From Setoptus koraiensis (taxonomy: Eukaryota; Animalia; Arthropoda): a stretch of 64,000 bases of DNA. The stretch spans positions 5,270,001-5,334,000 of the forward strand of contig CM106586.1 of assembly GCA_048013815.1 (NCBI GenBank), given 5' to 3'. Positions 46,232-55,969 of this stretch are shown one piece after another; the first letter of the stretch is position 1; every line of letters starts with the position of its first letter. Below the pieces are notes generated by a model. The model was not told the DNA's origin, made no database searches, and saw only the letters and a list, made by a program, of their open reading frames with translations. The position numbers were made by a program, and so were the translations under genes.

Positions 46232-48190
46232 ATGTCCGGTCAGCGTTTTCACGATACGCCCGGTCTGCCCAGACGTGAGTAGCAATTTATTCTCTATTCT
46301 TTGTTCTCTCAACGAAACCATTGTCTCGCAACAACACTAACCAAGCCAAAATTGACCCCTCTCTCTCTCACCGTGCGCAGCGGTCGACGACGGCTACGAC
46401 TTTATCGTCGGCGACAGAGTCTACGTAGACGGCGACAAGCCGGCAGCGGTAGCCTACGTGGGCGAAGTGAAATTCGCCGTCGGCGATTGGGCCGGAGTGG
46501 TTCTCGAGGAGCCGCTGGGCAAGCACAACGGCACCGTCAACGGCACAGAATATTTTCAGTGTGAGCCTTTGCACGGCATCTTCGTCAGAATGCATCGTCT
46601 CACCAGGTACCCGACAAGAGGCAGCGCTAGCAGAAATGAGGAACCGGATGAGCAAATTGGGCAGCCAAGCACCAGCACCACCACTCGATCGGTTCGTTAC
46701 AATCCGACCCCGATAACCGAGCGGCTGAGCGGTCGCTCATCGTCGGCGTCGTCGCCCACTCAGCGCAGGTCGGCGCTGAAATCGCCCTCGCGCCAACCAA
46801 CTGAAACAGCGACAGCACCATCGACCAGTTACAGTAGCAACTACTTGAACGAGGACAACAAAGCGGACGACGACAACGACAACTTGAATCCCAGCAACTG
46901 GTACAAACGTCAGAATGCCCTCGATGACGATTTTGCGACGCCGCATCACGAGCCGCGCTCCTTGAGTCGCGACTCCAACAGATCGGGACACTCGAGCCAA
47001 TTGAGCGGTCACTACACGTCGCCTGACCGACTGAGATCTGCGAGCAAGAGCAACACAATGTTGCACAAGTACTCGTCGTCGCGAACACCGACCCCTGTAT
47101 CGGTTTCGCCGGCTCCGTTGCGCCGCCAAACATCCGCTCTGACTAGATCATCAAGACTGGACAGTAGCACCAAAGACGAGGAGCATTTGCTGACGCCCGC
47201 CACCAAATCTGTTAGCGACGCGTACGTGCCAACGTATAGACGGGCCCCAACTCCCGACAGTTCGTTGAGATTGGGCAGCCGAGTGGTGGTCAACTCTAGC
47301 CAGGGCCTCTTGTCGGGAATATTGCGCTTCGTTGGTACGACTTCTTTCGCCTCGGGTCAATGGGCCGGAGTGGAACTGGACGAGCCCGTGGGCAAAAACG
47401 ACGGCTCCTCTATGGGCAGAAGGTGAGTCTAATTAATTATAATTGCCAATGCACGCATCAACATGCTAGCAAACGTAGCATCATGTCGAGCGGCATAATA
47501 ACATTTTCTCAAACTTCCTTCATCTTTTACATCGCAATCAACACGATCGCTGCAAATCATCACAGATACTTTATCTGCCCTAAGAACTACGGCATTTTTG
47601 TGCCAGTATTCAAGGTGAGCAATGAATACTCGACAAGCGTTGGTCGCGACAGGGCTGTGTCGCCGTCACCATTGCGTAGCGCCACGTTTAGTCGCCCGAG
47701 CTCTAGAAATAGCAGAAGTTATAGTAGTTTGTCCACAGACAGAGCACCAGCAACAAAAAACAAACCCAGATCCACCATTCGAAGACCTATTTTCACGAGC
47801 CCCTGCATGCTTCACGGAACCACTGAGCCAAAAACAATAACCACCAGGACAACAACAACTCGAACTCGTACAATACCCATAGAGAGAGAATCGCCGCCGC
47901 TTAGACGATACAAATCATCATTGTCAAGACTAGACACAAATGATTCGTATGACGAACCATACAAATCAACGCGTCGAGACTCATTGGAAAGAGATTTCGA
48001 TACGGATTTCGACAAGCGTTTCAGCAAAAATTTTGATGATGATTTCGATAAGGACTTCGACAAAGATTTCGAAATCGCAAGACTGACCCCGTTGTCGCCA
48101 GCAATCGACAAATATTTCAGTAGCTCGAAAAAGAACACCTCATCTAGTTATTCTTCGTCTCGCTTGGTCGACTATTCCGACATGTATTAA
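46232..48190 (+). CDS. Protein with two CAP-Gly domains (CLIP-170/CLIP-190-like head without coiled-coil rod), three exons (46232-46274, 46381-47422, 47566-48190), 569 aa
   Basis: CAP-Gly1 FIVGDRVYVDG..VAYVGEVKFAVGDWAGVVLEEPLGKHNGTVNGTEYFQC..HGIFV; CAP-Gly2 RLGSRVVV..LRFVGTTSFASGQWAGVELDEPVGKNDGSSMGRR/YFICPKNYGIFVP; splice joins are GT-AG and in frame. Confidence 0.85.
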
Positions 48191-49794
48191 TTGATGCGAT
48201 CTGATGTGCAAATTGGACACACAAGTGCAATTCATTCGCAATGCCTATCTGTGACGTCGCATTGAAACCATTTAACCATCTACTAACTGTAACAGAAAAC
48301 TGGATGGACACCACTAACCATACTCAATCATTATGTACACAGTAAAATTTACAAAGTAAACATAATAATGAATACTGTACTCAAACTAAACATATATTTT
48401 CAATTTGTTTCGTGCCATATAGCAAACGACAACCGAGAGATCCATCCCGGCCCAACAAAATAGACTGGCCAATACTAGAGGCCAATCTATGCGCTAATAA
48501 TAAATCGCTGATCGCAGCCATCGTTGGTTACAATTAAAACGCCGATCTGTTTTTCACTCTCTTCTTTGCTGTTAGTATTCTGAGGTCTCCTCGAGGAGGC
48601 ATATATTTGATAGGCTTACTGAAAATTAACCCAACTCACCTGTCGAGTAATCAAATGGGTAAGTGAAATGATAAACGCGCGAGCTTTCGCATAGACTACT
48701 TGCTACCATATGAAGGCTTTTGTGCGACTCTACACGCGAATTATCATTTGGCTGGTTGTCATCATAATGGCAACTATCTATTCAACTATCAGTTGTTGGC
48801 GACTTTCTTCATCATTTGAACTCGTTAAAATCATTTGGACTTCCAGCAACATAAGTCCCGGAGGTTTCGTAAAATATTCGAAGCTGCTTTGATTGATCAT
48901 AGTCTAGAAGTCCAAGAAATATCGAGAAACTCGATAGAACTCACATGCAGCGCTAATTATGAGTTAAATCGGATGACGACCGCATAAAGTATTGCCATGA
49001 AAAAACCATAACTCCACCATGATTTACTGAATAAGATGGCACCCGAAAAAAGTTTCTTCTATAACTGTGCGAAATCTGTGCAACTATGCCACTATTTTGT
49101 TTGTTCACATGTTCATCAGATGTTTGGTGTTTGAATGGAAGCGATGTTAGAGTGAGTTTCGAGAAAGAACTCTAAAGAGGCGCTGCGAACTCTGCTCGGT
49201 GCATTGATTAGCGGACACCAAACCCCTTTAAATGTTTGTGTCTAGACTCTAGAGTGGGCTCTTGCAGCGAGAGTCTTGCTGGTTTTCTTGGCTTGTGTAT
49301 GTTTAGTTTAGTTTGCTCTCGCAATACTCATTGAAAGCAATGAGCGCCCTCAGACGTTTCTTTTTACAACCTATTCACTGGCCAGCGATAGTAAACACTA
49401 ACACAACACTGTGCCACTAACAGGCGCAAGTCCAGTTTTGTTGTGGCTTGGATACGTTGTTGACGTTGCAAATCAGCAGACAAATATACTGATTATATAA
49501 TTAGAATCAGCATTATTTATCTTGTTTATATTCTGTCTATCATACAGTATAAAACAATTTCCAAAAGATCCATCAATAAGTATTTATGTACATATAAATA
49601 GTTATTTTCCTCTTCTTTTCCCCGACAACTCTCAAATCAACTATTTTACAATTTTTGAGAGATTCAGAGCTATTACCTGGATTGTGCCACCAAACGAGAC
49701 AACGACAAGCACAACAAAAACAACAACATTGTACATGACGACTGTTTGAGGATGTAGTCAGGTGTATCGGTAGGTTTATTGCACATAATCTAGG

Positions 49795-52704
49795 ATGTCA
49801 AGCAGCAATAACAAACGAGACACATCAATTAAAAGGTCTAAACAAAAGAAAAAAACATTTCACTCTCCGAAGCCAGACGACAGCGCCAACGACGAATCTC
49901 AGCAACCTAGCCCGTCTATCGTGAAATCCAAATCAGCTCATAACATTACTCATAATCAAACTAGTCGTAACACGAATGAATCATCATTCGCAAGCACAAT
50001 AAATATTGATATGGTAAATAAAAGGCAATCAGAGCAGGACGAAAAATTAATTGATGCAACTAATAAGAGAAAATTGTTGGAGCAGATGCGATCGGAAAAA
50101 TTGTCTAGATCTAGTTCACAGCACAATGATAGCAGTATTAGTCAAGGATCTTCAGAATCGCAGTATTATAGCATGAACAATTCCTCTACTCTATCCGATG
50201 TACAAAATGAATTATTGATCTCCGATAGTCAAACAGAATTGACGAATGTGCCCAATCGCAAGCAAAGAAGTTCGTCATTGAGTCAGACTTGCACAAATAA
50301 CAGCGATTCAAATAGTCTGTCATGTATAGATTTAAGTCAATACAAGCCAGTGGAATATCATTGGTTCTACTCTGGGAAAAAAGATGTAGATCAAGTATTG
50401 TCGCCTTTTAGTTTTCTAGACTCAAAGAAACTTGAAGACGCCTATGTTCAATTGTTGGATGATAAATCGAAAGAGTCAGAGGAATCGACTACTAACAACA
50501 ACAATCTTGTTAGGAAATCACCTGAGAAATATATTGTTAGCACCGATGGCGGCCGTTACGATGTTGATCTCGTCAAATTTATTAGACAGGCCGTTTATTG
50601 GCGTGATGAGGAATCAGTCGTTCAGCGCTGCTCTTGGTTTTATAAAAAAGACGGTTTTAGCCGTTACGAGCCTTACAATGAGGAAATGTGCATTACATTG
50701 GAGAAATATTATAAAGCTTGCGCAATAAGCAATGACTGGAATAAGCGCTACAGTCTTTCAGCGAAGGAACTATTAATAATAAACGGACCAACTCATTTCG
50801 TGCACTATGATCAATGTTGCAAAGAAGAGTGGCTTTCCATGGCAGAGAATCCGTACTCTCCTAGACAGGTACACCGTGGAGCTAATGAAATATTTAATAT
50901 AGAAATAGGCGAGCCAGCTCACGATCAGATAGACCATCTTATATTTTTCATACACGGTGTTGGCGGTGTCTGTGATGTAAGGTTTAGATCATGCGTTGAG
51001 GTTGTTAATGACTTTCGGAAGATAGCCAACAATCTGCTTGCGTCATCTTCAGGTGGTACAATATTAAGAAATGATGGCTCCAAGAAATCCTTCTCATCTA
51101 GCTCTACAGGCAAATTAGTCTCTCCCAGAACTAGCACAGGTCAGGTGAGACGAATAGAATTCTTACCAATATCGTGGCATTCTTGCACTAGAAGAGAAAT
51201 AGGAATTAATGACAGATTGAATCAAATAGCCTTGAACAGTGTGCCGAAATTAAGACAATTTCTCAATAAAGTTATCGTAGATGCCTTGTTGTACTCGTCT
51301 GGACCGATCTACTGCCAGACTATAATGGATAATGTGGGCAACGAAGTCAACAGATTATATACCTTGTTCTGTAAACGTCATCCGTCCTTTGAGGGGTCTG
51401 TATCATTGGCCGGCCATAGCCTTGGTTCGCTGATTGTTTTCGACCTATTAGCTAACCAAGTGAATCCTGATCACCACGGTATAGAAACTCCGAGCAAATA
51501 CAAAGACTTCGATACGATAGAAGAACTATTCAAAGATCTAGACCTCAGCGAATATCTCCAGAGATTCAATAGCGAAAAGATAGACATGAAGACATTGATT
51601 TTGCTCAGCGATCTGGATCTTAAAGAAATGAAGCTACCTTTGGGAGTTCGACGTAAGTTATCTACATATATTAACTTCAAAAAAATGTCTATGATACCTC
51701 GAATACAGTCAAATAGTGCAGCGGCATCGTCATCCGGAGCCACCAAAGTATCTATGGGATCTATAGAGAATATGAATACAGGCCAGTGGATGATAAATTA
51801 TCCTCAGTTGAAGTTTAAGCCTCGGTGTTTTTTTGCCTTCGGATCACCCACTCCCATGTTCCTCACAGCAAGAGGAGTAGAGAATTTCAACTCGGAATAC
51901 AAACTGCCCACTTGCGACAAGATGCTTAACATATTTCATCCCTACGATCCCATCGCGTATCGAATGGAACCTCTAATAGATACAAGATTTGCTTACATTA
52001 AGCCAGTTTTGATACCACATCATCGGGGAGGCAAACGTATACATCTTCAGCTTCGCGACGGATTTGCCAAAGTTGGTTCAGATTTGAAACACAGAATAAT
52101 GGGTTCCCTCAAAAGCACTTGGTCTAATCTCAGTGATTTCACCAGATTCAGCTCAGCGTCTACTCCAGTGGAACCTCCAAATGTTATAGGAGAAGAAATG
52201 ATCGATATGTCTACTAAAAACAATACTCAGAATCAACCAGACAAGTCGGAATGTCATCAAACTGGTCGAACCAAGCACGAAAGAAACAATGCTGGTGGCA
52301 CAAGGACAATCAAAAAAAGTCTCTCTGATACAGGTATGAATCCCCAGAGTTCTTTCAATTGTAAAGCCACAATAGACGAAGAAAATTTAACGCATAACAC
52401 AGACAATGTAGATGATAACGATGAGGTATTCAAACAGGGTAAAAAGGAGTTTGACGAAAAGAATTATAATGATGACATTCCAAAAAATATGGGAAAACTG
52501 AATCAAGGTCGTCGTGTAGATTTTGTCTTACAAGAAAAGCCCATAGAATACATGTTCAATGAGTACGTGTTTGCATTCACTTCTCACGCTAATTACTGGC
52601 AGAATGAAGACTCTGCCATGATAATGCTCAACGAGATTTATCAGGCGGACGACATCCAAATGTTTGACTACTTCGATGAACCAAGCAAGTCCACAGCAGA
52701 TTGA
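49795..52704 (+). CDS. SEC23IP: SEC23-interacting protein / DDHD2-type intracellular phospholipase A1 (WWE-like, lipase, SAM, DDHD), intronless
   Basis: HWFY..PFSFLDSKKLE, TDGGRYDV, IDHLIFFIHGVG, RIEFLPISWH, lipase GHSLGS, SAM LSEYLQRF..LPLGVRRKL, DDHD NIFHPYDPIAYRMEP, GRRVDFVLQE, SHANYW. SEC23IP versus DDHD2 is not resolvable. Confidence 0.92.
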   Translation: MSSSNNKRDTSIKRSKQKKKTFHSPKPDDSANDESQQPSPSIVKSKSAHNITHNQTSRNTNESSFASTINIDMVNKRQSEQDEKLIDATNKRKLLEQMRSEKLSRSSSQHNDSSISQGSSESQYYSMNNSSTLSDVQNELLISDSQTELTNVPNRKQRSSSLSQTCTNNSDSNSLSCIDLSQYKPVEYHWFYSGKKDVDQVLSPFSFLDSKKLEDAYVQLLDDKSKESEESTTNNNNLVRKSPEKYIVSTDGGRYDVDLVKFIRQAVYWRDEESVVQRCSWFYKKDGFSRYEPYNEEMCITLEKYYKACAISNDWNKRYSLSAKELLIINGPTHFVHYDQCCKEEWLSMAENPYSPRQVHRGANEIFNIEIGEPAHDQIDHLIFFIHGVGGVCDVRFRSCVEVVNDFRKIANNLLASSSGGTILRNDGSKKSFSSSSTGKLVSPRTSTGQVRRIEFLPISWHSCTRREIGINDRLNQIALNSVPKLRQFLNKVIVDALLYSSGPIYCQTIMDNVGNEVNRLYTLFCKRHPSFEGSVSLAGHSLGSLIVFDLLANQVNPDHHGIETPSKYKDFDTIEELFKDLDLSEYLQRFNSEKIDMKTLILLSDLDLKEMKLPLGVRRKLSTYINFKKMSMIPRIQSNSAAASSSGATKVSMGSIENMNTGQWMINYPQLKFKPRCFFAFGSPTPMFLTARGVENFNSEYKLPTCDKMLNIFHPYDPIAYRMEPLIDTRFAYIKPVLIPHHRGGKRIHLQLRDGFAKVGSDLKHRIMGSLKSTWSNLSDFTRFSSASTPVEPPNVIGEEMIDMSTKNNTQNQPDKSECHQTGRTKHERNNAGGTRTIKKSLSDTGMNPQSSFNCKATIDEENLTHNTDNVDDNDEVFKQGKKEFDEKNYNDDIPKNMGKLNQGRRVDFVLQEKPIEYMFNEYVFAFTSHANYWQNEDSAMIMLNEIYQADDIQMFDYFDEPSKSTAD

Positions 52705-53004
52705 TAAAATCTGTTTGAACAACTTCAGCACTAGATGCCGAATCAGTATTAATAGTTGGAGAGATCTTACTTAGTTGTATTAAATTAACAAGATGACAAT
52801 ACTCAATCAACCTCTTTTTTGACTTCACCATCTTGGTGTGCATTCATCTTGGTGTAATCGAAGAGGCTGTCTAGCAGAATGAACTTCAAAAATACAACGA
52901 ATTTAATGGAAATGCCTAGAAGGATAGTTGATTAAATTAAAAAGTAATTTTATGACAAAATAAAATCGTTATCTATGCCAGACTTATACATAAAGTATTC
53001 TTAA

Positions 53005-54747
53005 TCAATAGTCTCGTGGCTTTTGAGGCATGCACAAATTGTAAAAAGAGTTCTTGTCCCAAAATGAAGACTTTTTCCAGCCGCACCAGCCCTTCTTGTG
53101 AATTATTGATAGATCTTCAGCCCCAGTGTAGTGAGGGTCTAATATCAGGTAACTAACATCACCGTTCTTTTCATTAAAGTCTACTCCAATAATGGTATGG
53201 GCCAAGACGCCACCTCCGATCATGATAGGCGTAGATTGTTGCTCGAAATGTTGTATCAACTCTCTGGCTTTGTAAACTAACTCACTCCCTGAGCTCACTG
53301 CCATTATCTTTGACTCAATACCGTATAATTGGCTCAGAACATAACATACCTCCTGTGATCCAATCCAATTTGAGCTTCCAACGAAACTTTTCTGTTTATC
53401 GCCTACATCCACTAATGCTTGTTGTATTTCTTCATGGGTCGGAACTCTATCTAGATAATTACTCTTGGAAGAGGGACTGTCAAGCTGCGACAGGTAGCCC
53501 TGATGCATGAACCATGATACTATTGTTTGTAATGATCTATAAGCACATCCCCAGCCACTATCATTTTTACCATCTTGCATGTAGTGGTGATATGTGTAAG
53601 TGCCATCGATAGTTTTCTTCAAGCCTCCCTTTATTCCTGAATCGAGACCCAAGTGCACATTGCATAGATATCCGGCGGATTGTTCGACATTTTGTGTCAA
53701 ACTAAAGTTATTTGCGATTCTAAATGTAGGCTTATCTAGAGGAAGAATGAATGTTTCGTGCAAAGTTCTCCTCGCCTCTTTTGTCTTGATCCGGCGAGCT
53801 TCATTGTTAATATTGGAGTCTATACTCTTATCTGATGCAAATGTGGTAGATATAAAGTGGGATACACCATTCGGTTTAAAGTTGAACGGGCAAGGTCTGT
53901 AAAATGGCACTTCAGCATCAACATAGAAATCTGTCAAAGTTTTTTGCACCGAATCTAGTTGACTTTTTAGGCAATGGACCAGTGTTTTGCAAGTTTTGGA
54001 CAGAGGGTCTTTCATGTGGACATAAGTGTAGACCTCAAGAGGTTGAATGTAATGTGGTTGTGATTCATCGTATCTCAGATCAATCTTATTCATTGAGACG
54101 ACAATATCGTTTTCGAGTACGCTAAATTCTAAAGTCTCACGTTGCTCCCTGGCTTTGTTCCTCCATTTCACTACGAGTTTTTCCAGATCTTTTTTGCTGG
54201 TATTGGGTAGATAATCCCCTGAGTTCTTGACACTGTCCGGTGGATCTAAGCTATCATATAAACCCTCCGTCAATCCAGTTAGTTTGTTTAACTGTTTCGG
54301 GTAGTCCAATCTCAAAGAGGAATTGTCTAGCTGTATGAGACATGATGCCTCAAGAGATTCTTGTGCTTGTTTAATTGCTGCCGTGATGTCCTCTTTAGTG
54401 AGAGAGGGAGGCTTCTTGCCCAAATCAAATACTCTCAACTTTAGGTTGGCTTTAATAATTGCTATTGCACTGTGGGCGAATATCTTATTATCCTCTACAA
54501 TATTAAAGTCGCAGCCTTTGATCAGTTCCTGAGTCTTGGTGCACAAGTATTTAGCCTTGAGCTTGTCTGTTAGCTCCTGATCCGGCCCATAAACAATGTG
54601 CATTTTATCTTTGTTGGTGTGAGGCAACTTAGTTTGAGCCAAATCTCTTACAAACTCCGTCCATCGATCCAAACCGATATCAGGTCTGGTATAAAACATA
54701 CCTAGAACAGCAAGATTGGCATTGTGGTTCAAGCATTCTTTTGTCAT
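53005..54747 (-). CDS. UFSP2: Ufm1-specific protease 2 (C78 peptidase), intronless
   Basis: YTYHHYMQD..DSGWGCAYRSLQT (catalytic Cys), WIGSQE, PIMIGGGVLAHTIIG, LILDPHYTGAED (Asp/His), GWCGWK and YNLCMPQ. Confidence 0.95.
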   Translation of the reverse strand: MTKECLNHNANLAVLGMFYTRPDIGLDRWTEFVRDLAQTKLPHTNKDKMHIVYGPDQELTDKLKAKYLCTKTQELIKGCDFNIVEDNKIFAHSAIAIIKANLKLRVFDLGKKPPSLTKEDITAAIKQAQESLEASCLIQLDNSSLRLDYPKQLNKLTGLTEGLYDSLDPPDSVKNSGDYLPNTSKKDLEKLVVKWRNKAREQRETLEFSVLENDIVVSMNKIDLRYDESQPHYIQPLEVYTYVHMKDPLSKTCKTLVHCLKSQLDSVQKTLTDFYVDAEVPFYRPCPFNFKPNGVSHFISTTFASDKSIDSNINNEARRIKTKEARRTLHETFILPLDKPTFRIANNFSLTQNVEQSAGYLCNVHLGLDSGIKGGLKKTIDGTYTYHHYMQDGKNDSGWGCAYRSLQTIVSWFMHQGYLSQLDSPSSKSNYLDRVPTHEEIQQALVDVGDKQKSFVGSSNWIGSQEVCYVLSQLYGIESKIMAVSSGSELVYKARELIQHFEQQSTPIMIGGGVLAHTIIGVDFNEKNGDVSYLILDPHYTGAEDLSIIHKKGWCGWKKSSFWDKNSFYNLCMPQKPRDY

Positions 54748-55754
54748 GCCTACGATAGTTGTTACAGGACCAATATCAAAGCCAAGCAGATAGCCTACGT
54801 CAACTTTGTCTGTTCCACTCGGATCATTGACATTGCATAAGGCTTGAATCCTCTTAAAGTGAAATAAGTTATATTTAAGTTACAGATATCGTAGCAGTGA
54901 TGGTGGACTGACCCGACAAAAGCCTGGGCTAGATGTGATAAAATCTCGAATTCGAGTAGCAAGAGTGCTATAACTTACATTATGCAGATTTCGACTGAAT
55001 TGGAATCTTTTATTAGTAGTCATATTGGTAGATCGTTCGCAAACAGAATAAATTAATTTAATTGCTTTTAATAATGATAATAATTGAATCCTATTGGTCG
55101 TTTACACAACAAGGCAGGGTGTCAATGACAATACCGGCTCTGCCAGCTTGATCATATGGATCACCAGCTGATTCCTGTTTATTGCGTTAGCTCGTCCCAT
55201 CAGTACGGACATTTCCAATCGCGCAGACGCAATACTGGGACAAATCTCCCGTCGAGGGAGATAGGAGGGCATGCACCATACGATGCCAGGAAAAATCTCC
55301 CCCGAGTCGAGTGGGGCCTTTTCAACAAACTAACTAACTAAAGTTTCCAATAAAGATTGAGACAATAATGAACAAAGACATAGGAATACTTGAAATATCC
55401 TTGAGAGGAAGTAGATGTTCACACCCTGATATTTCAATCGAGAAATTTCCATCCCAAAGGATCGAAAACAGAAAGTTCAAAGTGTAGCAAACTCGGCAGG
55501 GAATGCTCGATGCTTTGTTCAGGTCTATTCAGACTTCCACCGACAAGACGGAAGTCACTCTTCTCAACGAAAGGCTTAGATGAATCATGGAACACCTCAT
55601 GAGAGAACGATTCACTTTTCCAAAGTATCTTCACCCTGTTGCAATCTATCCGCTAGCTCCCTCCCTATAAATTATCTCCCGGGAGATGCCGCGGGAGGAA
55701 ACTCTCCATCTCCCGACATCATTACCACATGCACATGCTTTTGTTCGCGTGTTT

Positions 55755-55762
55755 TTTGGCGC
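55755..55762 (+). promoter_or_regulatory. E2F consensus site upstream of POLD1
   Basis: TTTGGCGC matches TTTSSCGC, within the near-palindromic TTTTGGCGCCGCAAAA, about 210 bp upstream of the POLD1 ATG. Confidence 0.45.
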
Positions 55763-55969
55763 CGCAAAACGAAAATAAAATGCGTGTGATGATGCGTAGC
55801 AGTTGCTTCAGATTACATATCTTTTAACAATCCTCTCTGCACCTCGATTACCTTTAATGACTAGTAAATAGACCAAATTAAGTGTACAAATCCCATAAAA
55901 GCCTATTTCTGAGTGAAATAATTTATCTCAGTAGATTGTCGTGTGAAGAAAACTACCCACACAGAAAAA

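Noticed and set aside
55156-55341. 61-aa ORF in the UFSP2-POLD1 interval
   Set aside because: No recognised homology; it coincides with the ATCTCCC motif cluster and is better explained as regulatory or TE-derived sequence.
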